NCBI GenBank assembly: GCA_944325105.1
Contig: CALUYW010000010.1
Coordinates: 6,324-70,323 of the forward strand
DNA length: 64,000 nt
Origin: Candidatus Gastranaerophilales bacterium
Lineage (GTDB): Bacteria > Cyanobacteriota > Vampirovibrionia > Gastranaerophilales > Gastranaerophilaceae
Direction of reading: 5' to 3'
Both the position numbers and the translations under genes were made by a program. The notes under the pieces were generated by a model that did no database searches, was not told the DNA's origin, and saw only the letters and a program-made list of their open reading frames with translations. Positions 27,039-35,316 of this stretch are shown here, in pieces (within the stretch, counting starts at the first letter, position 1; every line of letters begins with the position of its first letter).

Positions 27039-28043
27039 TTAATCCTTTGGTACATATCTGTCAGCTATTTTTACACATATTCTGCCGTCTTTTCTGCCGG
27101 GCATTGCTTCAAATTTTTTCTTTTTATCTACCAAAACATATAGTTTTTCATCAATTTTCTGGTCAAGCTTAATGACATCGCCCTCTTTTAGTTCAAGCAC
27201 GTCGTTGATAAGTACTTTTGCACTTCCTAAAATAACACTCAAATCAAGATTTGCAGAGTATATTTTATTTAAAATTTCATTCCTTCCTATTTCATTTGAA
27301 ACAACATTTGTATGTTGAAAAATATACTGCGGAGTGAGTTTTTGCAGTACCGTTTCTAAGACAGGGTAAGGGAAGCACAGGTTTATAAGTCCGAAGTTCT
27401 TTGAACCCAGTCTTATTTCAAAAGAAATCAGTGCAACAATTTCACCTGATGTTGTAATAGGTACAACGTGATATCCGTTATCAAGACTTGTAAATTCTGC
27501 CTTTACGGGTAAAACGGAACACCAAGAGTTCTCAAGCGTTTTTATTATTTTTTCAATAATTTTTTTTGTAAGAGCTTCTTCAATTTGTGTCAAATCACGG
27601 TTAAACTCGTGGTTTGAGCCATCCCCGCCAAGCATCCTGTCTAATATTACAGTTAAAACCTCACTGCTTAAACCAAGAGAAATTTCACCCGAGAGAGGAT
27701 TTAATTTAAAAATACCGTTTTGAAAGTGCGCGGGCATAGAGCATACAAACTCATCGTATGTAAGCTGGTCGACAGAGATTATATCCATCTCAACATCCAT
27801 ACGAAGATAAGTAGTCAGAGTAAGTGCCAACTGTCTTACAAAGTCCCTGTGAATATCCTGAAGTGCTCTTAAGTGTTCTTTTGAAAATTTATCAGGACGT
27901 CTGAAGTTGTAGAGTTTGTAGCCTTTTTTAAACTCTTCTGATATATCTTCAATTAAATCTATATCATTTTGAGCAGCATCAAAATCGCCCTGATTTATGG
28001 CAGGATTATTCTCTATTGGATTTGTATCAGGTTGATTTTGCAC
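27039..28043 (-). CDS. fliM: flagellar motor switch protein FliM
   Basis: 334 aa. GTG start after GGAGGA. It has YNFRRPDKFSKEHLRALQDIHRDFVRQL and a C-terminal SpoA-like domain. Confidence 0.85.
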   Translation of the reverse strand: MQNQPDTNPIENNPAINQGDFDAAQNDIDLIEDISEEFKKGYKLYNFRRPDKFSKEHLRALQDIHRDFVRQLALTLTTYLRMDVEMDIISVDQLTYDEFVCSMPAHFQNGIFKLNPLSGEISLGLSSEVLTVILDRMLGGDGSNHEFNRDLTQIEEALTKKIIEKIIKTLENSWCSVLPVKAEFTSLDNGYHVVPITTSGEIVALISFEIRLGSKNFGLINLCFPYPVLETVLQKLTPQYIFQHTNVVSNEIGRNEILNKIYSANLDLSVILGSAKVLINDVLELKEGDVIKLDQKIDEKLYVLVDKKKKFEAMPGRKDGRICVKIADRYVPKD

Positions 28044-28095
28044 TCATCCTCCGAAATATGCACACTGTTGCAACTATATATTACTATTATAGTGC

Positions 28096-28124
28096 TTGTT
28101 TGTCTATCGTGCGTATGATATACT
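28096..28124 (+). promoter_or_regulatory. sigma-70-type promoter for the 28152 / folE2 pair
   Basis: TTGTTT (28096-28101), 17-nt spacer, TATACT (28119-28124). Confidence 0.4.
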
Positions 28125-28151
28125 TTTTTTGATATTTTTAGCAGGTGAGTA

Positions 28152-28487
28152 ATGGAAGAATCTTTTGAACATAAACGCTGGTATGACAGAGACCCTATCT
28201 TAAAAGAGGCACTTGAGCTTTTAAGGTTATCGTCAGATGATGAAAAAGAAGCTGCAAAGAGCTTTATACTTAAATTACAGGAAGATGTTGCAAAAGATGT
28301 CATCGAGCGTATTTATGAAATAGTTACAAAATATCAGGGCAAAGGCAATCGCTGGTACGATAATGACCCTGTTATGATAAAGGCAATAGAAGTTTTAAGA
28401 AATGCTGACCCTAAAACTCAAAGAAAAGCAGCGCTTAAACTTCTTTTGGCGCTTGAAGAAAAGAGTTTCCCTCAAGATAATGATTAA
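28152..28487 (+). CDS. hypothetical protein built from two tandem copies of an RWYD-x-DP helical module
   Basis: 111 aa. KRWYDRDPILKEALELLRLSSDDEKEAA and NRWYDNDPVMIKAIEVLRNADPKTQRKAA are an internal duplication. The stop overlaps the folE2 ATG (ATGATTAA). Confidence 0.6.
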   Translation: MEESFEHKRWYDRDPILKEALELLRLSSDDEKEAAKSFILKLQEDVAKDVIERIYEIVTKYQGKGNRWYDNDPVMIKAIEVLRNADPKTQRKAALKLLLALEEKSFPQDND

Positions 28488-29283
28488 AGACGTACAAAAC
28501 AGCATAGATAAAAGAAATATTCCTTTGCAAAAAGTCGGTGTTAAAAACGTAGAAACCCTTTTAAATATTGAAAGAAAAGGCTCTAAGGCATCTCAAAAAG
28601 TATATGCAAAGGCAAAAATGAGTGTTTATTTGCCCTCAAACTACAAAGGCACTCACATGTCGCGCTTTATTGAGATACTTGAAGATTACAGAAAGAAAAA
28701 TCTCATCGGCGTTGATATCAAAAAAATGCTTGAGGATATGAAAATCCGCCTTGAGTCAAAAAGCGCATATCTGAAGTTTGATTTTAAATATTTTGTTAAA
28801 AAGAAAGCCCCAAAATCCGCTCTTGAAGCGCTTATGTGTTATGATTGCTACTTTGAGGGTACACTTGATGAAAATGACAATTATAAATTTTATCTTGGTA
28901 TAAAAATCCCTCTTACAACCCTTTGCCCCTGCTCAAAAGAAATCTCTGACTGCGGAGCGCATAATCAAAGGGCAATTGTATCGCTTAAAGTTTCATACGA
29001 TGAAGATAAGCACATCTGGCTTGAAGATTTGATAGAAGAAATTGAGTCCTGCGGTTCATCTCAGCTTTATTCGCTTTTAAAAAGAGAGGATGAAAAATCT
29101 GTAACCGAGCAAGCGTATAATAACCCTAAGTTTGTTGAAGATGTTATTCGAGATGTGGTTATTAAGCTTGAAAATAATCCTGTGATTAACTGCTATGAAG
29201 TTGAAATAGAGGCATTTGAGAGTATTCACAACCATAGCGCCTGGGCAAGACAGGTGAGTGATATTAACTTTTGTAACAATTAG
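28480..29283 (+). CDS. folE2: GTP cyclohydrolase FolE2 (type IB)
   Basis: I start at ATG 28480 (MIKDVQNSIDKRNIPLQKVGV). Motifs GTHMSRF, LCPCSKEIS and GAHNQRA. Confidence 0.88.
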   Translation: MIKDVQNSIDKRNIPLQKVGVKNVETLLNIERKGSKASQKVYAKAKMSVYLPSNYKGTHMSRFIEILEDYRKKNLIGVDIKKMLEDMKIRLESKSAYLKFDFKYFVKKKAPKSALEALMCYDCYFEGTLDENDNYKFYLGIKIPLTTLCPCSKEISDCGAHNQRAIVSLKVSYDEDKHIWLEDLIEEIESCGSSQLYSLLKREDEKSVTEQAYNNPKFVEDVIRDVVIKLENNPVINCYEVEIEAFESIHNHSAWARQVSDINFCNN

Positions 29284-29295
29284 TTGTCCAAAATA

Positions 29296-29322
29296 TAAAG
29301 TTCATTAAAATCTATCCGAAAT
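29296..29322 (+). promoter_or_regulatory. sigma-28-like promoter candidate
   Basis: TAAAGTTC (29296-29303) and TCCGAAAT (29315-29322), i.e. TAAA-N15-TCCGAAAT. The -10 matches GCCGATAA at 5 of 8 positions. Confidence 0.35.
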
Positions 29323-29364
29323 ACTTATTGTAAGCAATAACAGTAAGGACAATAAGGAGAAGAT

Positions 29365-29757
29365 ATGGACAATATTTCAAAAATAGCTGCAAATGCTAAC
29401 TTTTACGTCCAAAACGGTGCGGTTAAAAAAGGGAATGACGAAAAGAAAGCTGAAGAAAAACAGCCTGAAACTCTTCAGCCACAAACAGATGCTAAAAGCC
29501 CCGATGCAATTTTTGACGCTATGCAAGTAAGTGCTATGCAAAATAAAGCGATTGCATTTGGTAAATTTATTAACCCCAGAGAATATTTATCTGAGGATAG
29601 AATACGTGATATAGAAGCTTCGATGGGCACTTTTGCAGGTGCAACGGAAAGCGCTAAAGCTGCGATGGATACGGAGTTTAAGGGTGTAAGCGCTTATGAA
29701 AACCTGTCTGAAGCTCAAAAACTTGCTATGGCTGCAAGTATGCAGGTAGCAGAATAA
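29365..29757 (+). CDS. hypothetical Ala/Lys/Gln-rich protein
   Basis: 130 aa with a strong SD (AAGGAGAAG). No signal peptide and no recognisable family. Confidence 0.55.
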   Translation: MDNISKIAANANFYVQNGAVKKGNDEKKAEEKQPETLQPQTDAKSPDAIFDAMQVSAMQNKAIAFGKFINPREYLSEDRIRDIEASMGTFAGATESAKAAMDTEFKGVSAYENLSEAQKLAMAASMQVAE

Positions 29758-29794
29758 AAACTACCCCCTTGTTTGTTCTTCTCACTATTGTTCT

Positions 29795-29828
29795 AAAATA
29801 TCGCCAAGGATTTCCAAGGCGATATTTT
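29795..29828. terminator. bidirectional stem-loop between convergent genes
   Basis: AAAATATCGCC (29795-29805) pairs with GGCGATATTTT (29818-29828), and inner GGA/TCC pairs are possible. A/T runs occur on both sides. Confidence 0.6.
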
Positions 29829-29846
29829 AGTGGTTGAATATTTAAT

Positions 29847-30662
29847 TTACGCTAAGCTTGCTTGACTCACACATTCCATTTCGTCGATTGATGCAAATAC
29901 GCTTGATGCGCCGCAGTCAACAAATTGAACTTGTCCGGTTACACCTGAAGATAAGTCAGAAGCCAAGTATAAACCTGCTTTACCAACGTCCTCTAAAGAC
30001 GGTGTGCGATTAAGCGGAGCTTTAAGAGCATTGAATTTAAGCATTTTGTCAAATCCGCCAATACCTTTTGCTGCAAGTGTTTTAACAGGGCCTGCAGATA
30101 AGCAGTTGCAGCGAATGTTAAATTTGCCCAAATCTGCGGCGATGAATCTCATTGAAGATTCAAGAGCAGCTTTTGCCACACCCATAATGTTGTAGTTTGC
30201 TACAGCGTGAGTTGAACCTAAATATGTAAGGGCCAAAATTGAACCGCCGCCTGTTTTTTCCATTTGAGGTTTAGCGTATTTTGTAAGAGTTAAAAGAGAA
30301 TAAGCACTTACATGCATTGCTAAATCCCAACCTTCTCTGCTTGTTGTATAAAAATCGCCCAAAAGGTCTTCTCTGTTTGCAAAAGCAACTGCGTGGATGA
30401 CAAAGTCAAGTCTGTCATAGATTTTTTCATATTCTTTAAAAACTTTTTCAACGTCTTCTTCTTTTGTAACGTCGCATTCTATGCACATTTTAGCGTTCAT
30501 TTCTTGAGCTATCGGTTTTACGCGTTTTTCCATTGCTTCATTAGCGTATGTAAAAGCAATTTCTCCGCCTGCGGCATAGATTTGTTCGGCTATGGCATTT
30601 GCAATCCCGTGTTTGTTTGAAACACCGAAGATAATACCCTTTTTGCCATCCATAATACCCAT
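29847..30662 (-). CDS. fabI: enoyl-ACP reductase (NADH), FabI
   Basis: I start at ATG 30662, which follows AAGGAGAAA. Motifs GKKGIIFGVSNKHGIANAIA, the Y-x6-K region YNIMGVAKAALE, and SAGPVKT. Confidence 0.9.
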   Translation of the reverse strand: MGIMDGKKGIIFGVSNKHGIANAIAEQIYAAGGEIAFTYANEAMEKRVKPIAQEMNAKMCIECDVTKEEDVEKVFKEYEKIYDRLDFVIHAVAFANREDLLGDFYTTSREGWDLAMHVSAYSLLTLTKYAKPQMEKTGGGSILALTYLGSTHAVANYNIMGVAKAALESSMRFIAADLGKFNIRCNCLSAGPVKTLAAKGIGGFDKMLKFNALKAPLNRTPSLEDVGKAGLYLASDLSSGVTGQVQFVDCGASSVFASIDEMECVSQASLA

Positions 30663-30783
30663 AAAATTTCTCCTTAAATCTAAAATCAAAATTTATAAAT
30701 TAAAATTACCATAAAAATAAATTTTATGCACTAAAGCTAATTTTTATAATATAATTAACTGGAATATAACAGAAAGTACCAAG

Positions 30784-31554
30784 ATGAAAATAGTTGCAAA
30801 TAACCTTGTAAAAATATACGGTGACCGCTCTGTCGTAAATGATGTTTCTTTTGAGGTCAACAAAGGTGAGGTTGTAGGTTTGTTAGGCCCTAACGGTGCG
30901 GGTAAAACTACTACCTTTTATATGATTGTAGGACTTGTTAAGGCAAATAAGGGTCATATTTATCTTAATGTTGATGATAAAGACGGTCTGCCAAAAGACG
31001 GAAATTACTCAAAGTCGCTTGAAATAACAAATATGCCAATGAATGAAAGAGCAAAAATAGGCATAGGTTATCTTCCTCAAGAGGCGTCAATTTTTAGAAA
31101 ATTATCCGTTGAGGACAACTTAAAGCTTGTTTTACAAATGAATGACTCTTTAAACGAAGAAGAGAAAGCTCAAAAACTCGAGGACTTACTTGAAGAATTT
31201 GGTGTAAAAAAACTTAGAACAGCTTCCGCCGTATCACTCTCGGGCGGTGAGAGAAGAAGGGTGGAAATAGCCCGCGCGCTTGCTGCTACGCCTCACTTTA
31301 TTCTTCTTGATGAACCTTTTACGGGTATTGACCCTATTGCAATAGGCGAGATTAAAGACAATATCTATAAACTTGCTCAAGAAAAAGGCATAGGCGTGCT
31401 TATTACCGACCACAACCCAAAGGCAACATTGTCTATTACAGATAGAGCATATGTAATTTTTGACGGAAAAATAAAAATCTCCGGTAAATCAAAAGACGTC
31501 GCAGTTGACCCTGTTGCAAAAGAATTTTACTTAGGAAAAGACTTTACGCTTTGA
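30784..31554 (+). CDS. lptB: LPS export ABC transporter ATP-binding protein LptB
   Basis: 256 aa. Motifs GLLGPNGAGKTTTFYM, GIGYLPQEASIFRKLSV, LSGGERRRVEIARAL and a C-terminal FYLGKDF. Confidence 0.87.
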   Translation: MKIVANNLVKIYGDRSVVNDVSFEVNKGEVVGLLGPNGAGKTTTFYMIVGLVKANKGHIYLNVDDKDGLPKDGNYSKSLEITNMPMNERAKIGIGYLPQEASIFRKLSVEDNLKLVLQMNDSLNEEEKAQKLEDLLEEFGVKKLRTASAVSLSGGERRRVEIARALAATPHFILLDEPFTGIDPIAIGEIKDNIYKLAQEKGIGVLITDHNPKATLSITDRAYVIFDGKIKISGKSKDVAVDPVAKEFYLGKDFTL

Positions 31555-32660
31555 TGAATAAATTAAGACTTACAATTTTTGATAAATACGTTTTTAAACA
31601 AGTGCTCGGCGCTACTTTTGTGTGCTTGTTTTTGTTTATCATTGTTTGGATTGCCCCCGAAACTCTTGTAAGAACAATTAAGAGGATTTTAATCGAGCAT
31701 ATGCCTTTTGTTCAAGGGATGAAAATGCTTTTGTATGAGATACCAAAAGTCTTGGCTAAGGCTATTCCTGTGGGTATTTTGCTTGGTTCATTGTTTACTT
31801 TTGATACACTTTCAAAAAACTCAGAACTCAGTATATTTAGAGGCGTAGGTCTGTCTTTTAATAGGATTATGGCACCTGTCATAGTTCTCGGGGTGATTTT
31901 AGCTTATTGCTGCTATGTTGTTAATGACAAGTTTATCCCCTATGCATCGGCAAAAGCAGGCGAATCAGGCGGCTTTGACGTGCATTTTGTCTATATTATT
32001 AAAGATGAAAAAGAAATGCCAAAGCAGGCGTTAATTGTTTCAAACTTTAGTGTTAAAACTATTAAAAACCTTATACTGCTTAATTTTTCGCCTAACAGAT
32101 ACGCAGATGCGCAGATGTTTAACAGTATAATTTTTGCCCCGTATGCGCTTAAAAAAGACGATATGTGGCTCATGAAAGAATCTAAGGAATACAGAATAAA
32201 CAGAAACGGCATATACACCGAAGTTAAAGAAGTCGGAGATTACCCTATATTAAACGAAAAGCTCTCAGATGAAGTGTTTCAGCTGATGAAAAACGCTACA
32301 AGAAGAGACAGGTCTTATACAAATAAGCAGCTCGGGGATTATGTAAAACTCCTTAAAAAGCAGGAATACACTGACGAGCACAACTTTATGCTTACAAAAT
32401 ACTATCAGAGATTTTTGCACCCTCTAACCTGTGTAATATTTGCTGCAATAGGCTGTCTGCTCGGGTTTTCTCCTCCGCGCTCACAAAGGCTTGTCGGCTT
32501 TACAATAGGTGTAGGCATGATTTTTGCCTACTACATTACCCTGCCGTTTTTTGACCTGCTTGCGCAAAAAGGAGTTCTGCCGCCTTTTATTGCCGCGGCT
32601 TTTCCTATAATAGTCTTTATTGCGGCGATATTTGTAATTAAAAAAGCGAGGGATTTATAA
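31554..32660 (+). CDS. LptF/LptG-family LPS export permease
   Basis: YjgP/YjgQ architecture: three N-terminal TM helices, a periplasmic beta-jellyroll-sized insert and three C-terminal TM helices. The ATG at 31554 overlaps the lptB stop. Confidence 0.75.
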   Translation: MNKLRLTIFDKYVFKQVLGATFVCLFLFIIVWIAPETLVRTIKRILIEHMPFVQGMKMLLYEIPKVLAKAIPVGILLGSLFTFDTLSKNSELSIFRGVGLSFNRIMAPVIVLGVILAYCCYVVNDKFIPYASAKAGESGGFDVHFVYIIKDEKEMPKQALIVSNFSVKTIKNLILLNFSPNRYADAQMFNSIIFAPYALKKDDMWLMKESKEYRINRNGIYTEVKEVGDYPILNEKLSDEVFQLMKNATRRDRSYTNKQLGDYVKLLKKQEYTDEHNFMLTKYYQRFLHPLTCVIFAAIGCLLGFSPPRSQRLVGFTIGVGMIFAYYITLPFFDLLAQKGVLPPFIAAAFPIIVFIAAIFVIKKARDL

Positions 32661-33469
32661 TGTTTAAAAAAATAATTCTTTTACTTTTGATTTTTCTAAT
32701 AAGCGCTCCCGTGTTTGCAAAAGAGGCAATTGAGGCTGATTACAATAAAAAAGAAAAATTTTATATTTATAAAATTGACCTTGAATCCGTTGGAGAAAGA
32801 ATTAAGCCCTATGTTGTTAAAGACGGTTTAAAAACCGCAAGAGAAGTCTTTAAGGAAAATGATTTTGACTTTGTTGTAAACGGCGGATTTTTTGACCCAA
32901 ACAGTGCAAAATCGGTTTCTTATGTAGTAATAGATTCAAAAGTTGTCGGTTCTCCTTTCGAGGGGATGGAGATGATAGAAAATCTCTACAAGGAAGATAG
33001 GATTGATAATGTTCTAAACAGGAGTGAACTTAGAGTTTATAAACATCACTTAACGGGTGCTCTAAAGTTTGATATTACAAGGCATTTTGACCCTGTGCCA
33101 AAGTATTATGATATTTTGCACTCTTTGGGCGGCGGGCCGATGATTTATCCTGATTTTAACCTTGAGCAGGAGGGTTTTGTAAAATATGACGAAACTCAGA
33201 CCCCTGTTATTCAAAGTGCCCACGTGTTGAAAAAAAGAGCTCGTACACTTGTGGCTCTTAAAGATGAAAATCTTTATGTCATAATATTTTCAAACTTTGC
33301 CCCCGTTACTTTAAGTGAGGCAAGACAAAAGCTTAAAAGGTATCGCTTTGATAAGATAATGGCATTTGACGGTGGCCCTTCAACATCTCTAAACTATGGG
33401 GATAATGAAATCTCAAGTGCAAGTAACGGGCAAAGAGAAGTAAAATCGTTTTTAATTATTCAAAAATAG
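32660..33469 (+). CDS. phosphodiester glycosidase (DUF2233)-like secreted protein
   Basis: 269 aa with a signal peptide. VVNGGFFDP and MAFDGGPSTSL resemble the phosphodiester glycosidase family. Confidence 0.55.
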   Translation: MFKKIILLLLIFLISAPVFAKEAIEADYNKKEKFYIYKIDLESVGERIKPYVVKDGLKTAREVFKENDFDFVVNGGFFDPNSAKSVSYVVIDSKVVGSPFEGMEMIENLYKEDRIDNVLNRSELRVYKHHLTGALKFDITRHFDPVPKYYDILHSLGGGPMIYPDFNLEQEGFVKYDETQTPVIQSAHVLKKRARTLVALKDENLYVIIFSNFAPVTLSEARQKLKRYRFDKIMAFDGGPSTSLNYGDNEISSASNGQREVKSFLIIQK

Positions 33470-33477
33470 AGGTATAA

Positions 33478-33903
33478 ATGAACAGAATTGCAAAACTTGA
33501 AATAGCGGTTGTGATAATTTTAGTCCTTTGTATAGGGCTTTATGTGTCACCTTTTTTCACAAAAAAAGTTGATGAAAGAAGAATGGCAAAAATTAACGCT
33601 AACGCCGCCGTTTTTACATCAAAAGCGCTTAGTGTTTTTTCTGCCGATAAAGACGCAAAAGCTTCAGATGTCGCAAGAAAAACCATGGACGAACTAAACA
33701 CTTTAAGTAAAAACCCTTACGATAAAAAGCTCCCCGCCTATGTAAGCGGAAATGTTTTTTGCGGTTCTATTTCAATAGATTCTGATGATAAATTGCAAAC
33801 AATAACCATAACAGGATACGGTAAAGACAACATAGTTCTTGTAAGAACGGTAATAAAACCCCCGTCATTTGTTACTTATAAAAAATATGAGGACAAAAAA
33901 TAA
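33478..33903 (+). CDS. membrane-anchored hypothetical protein (distantly pilin-like N-terminus)
   Basis: 141 aa. The N-terminus MNRIAKLEIAVVIILVLCIGLYV is a charged-then-hydrophobic helix containing a Glu, but it lacks the canonical G/F prepilin cleavage motif. Confidence 0.45.
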   Translation: MNRIAKLEIAVVIILVLCIGLYVSPFFTKKVDERRMAKINANAAVFTSKALSVFSADKDAKASDVARKTMDELNTLSKNPYDKKLPAYVSGNVFCGSISIDSDDKLQTITITGYGKDNIVLVRTVIKPPSFVTYKKYEDKK

Positions 33904-34296
33904 ATGGAAAATATTTTAAATTTTAAAGTCCAATACGCCGACACTGACGCCTATGGCGTTGTTTGGCACGGTTCTTATTTAAGATGGATGGAAGAGGGCA
34001 GAGTTGAGCTTTTAGAGGACTATGGACTTAAAATTGATAAACTGCAAAAAGAGCAAGATGTCATTATGCCTGTAATAGAGCTTGATATCAAATACAAATA
34101 CAGCGCAAAACTTATGGATGAGATAGTTTTAAAAACAAAAATTATCGAACTTACAAAAACAACAGTGACATTTTTGCAAGAAATTTTTATAAAAGAAACA
34201 AATAAACTCTCTGTTAGTGCTATAGTAAAGGCAACGGCGCTTAAGGGCGGCAGAGTTATGCGAAGTGTGGATGAATTTTTTAAAGAGAAGGTATAG
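33904..34296 (+). CDS. 4HBT/YbgC-family acyl-CoA thioesterase
   Basis: 130 aa. VQYADTDAYGVVWHGSYLRWMEEGR is the hotdog-fold catalytic motif. Confidence 0.82.
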   Translation: MENILNFKVQYADTDAYGVVWHGSYLRWMEEGRVELLEDYGLKIDKLQKEQDVIMPVIELDIKYKYSAKLMDEIVLKTKIIELTKTTVTFLQEIFIKETNKLSVSAIVKATALKGGRVMRSVDEFFKEKV

Positions 34297-34299
34297 AAT

Positions 34300-34926
34300 A
34301 TGCAAATATTTGGAGCAATGAACGAGTATTTTTCAAGTTTAGGGACAATAGGTCTTGCCCTAAATTCTTTTATAGAGAGCTTTTTTCTTGTTCCGCCTCC
34401 TGATTTTTTGCTCATAGCAATGGATTTGGCTAACCCTCAAAAGGCTCTTTATTATGCTTTTGTTTGCACTATAGCCTCTGCTTTTGGCGGGGTTGTAGGG
34501 TATTTAATAGGAAAATTCGGCGGCAGGCCTGTTTTTATATGGATTTTAACTTCTTTATCAAAAAAAGAGGGTGTACAGAAAAGAAAACAGCTCAAAGATG
34601 CTCTGCAAAAGTTTAATGAGGTTGAGGCTCTGTATAACAAATGGGGTGTGCATGCGGTGTTTTTTGCGGCTTTTACACCCATACCTTATAAGGTTTTCAC
34701 CATTGCAAGCGGTATTTTAAATATGAACCCTTATTCTTTTACTCTTGCCTCTGTCGTAGGGCGCGGAATGAGGTTTTTTATTGTAAGTATTGTTCTTATG
34801 CTTTTTGGTGAGAAAATAAAAGACCATTTGGAGCTTATTATTTTAGGAGCAACTGCGGTAATTGTGATATTTTTTGTTATTTTGTACAAAAAACGCCACA
34901 GTATTGCAAGGGCATCCAAAAAGTAG
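34300..34926 (+). CDS. DedA/YqaA-type (VTT domain) membrane protein
   Basis: 208 aa. It has the FIESFFLVPPPDFLL motif and multiple TM helices. Confidence 0.7.
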   Translation: MQIFGAMNEYFSSLGTIGLALNSFIESFFLVPPPDFLLIAMDLANPQKALYYAFVCTIASAFGGVVGYLIGKFGGRPVFIWILTSLSKKEGVQKRKQLKDALQKFNEVEALYNKWGVHAVFFAAFTPIPYKVFTIASGILNMNPYSFTLASVVGRGMRFFIVSIVLMLFGEKIKDHLELIILGATAVIVIFFVILYKKRHSIARASKK

Positions 34927-34974
34927 CAAAATAAATTCTTTACTGTTTTTAAAAGGTTAAAAACGGGAGAAAAT

Positions 34975-35313
34975 ATGAAAATTTCAAATAATAACGGTTT
35001 ATCTTTTGCAAAAGTTTATATTGGCAATGAAGCTTTTGACAGAGCGTTGGCTTTAAGCAGATACCACAAGACTTCTAGCGATTTTAACAGTGCAAAAGAC
35101 GAGCTCATGCTTGCTTCAAAAGGCAAAACAGTTGTCCTTTCATCTTGGGATGATAACGGCGTTTGTGTTTATGAGGTAGATGGCGAGGACAAAAAAGTTT
35201 TGACAAGAGATTCTGATTTTATTTCAGGACTTAAAAAAGCGGCTGAAATGCTTAAAAAAGAATCGCAGCCGCAAAAACCAAGAAGAAAACCGTTTAACGG
35301 TACGCTTGCATAG
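34975..35313 (+). CDS. hypothetical protein
   Basis: 112 aa with an SD (GGGAGAAAAT-ATG). No recognisable family. Confidence 0.45.
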   Translation: MKISNNNGLSFAKVYIGNEAFDRALALSRYHKTSSDFNSAKDELMLASKGKTVVLSSWDDNGVCVYEVDGEDKKVLTRDSDFISGLKKAAEMLKKESQPQKPRRKPFNGTLA

Positions 35314-35316
35314 GCT

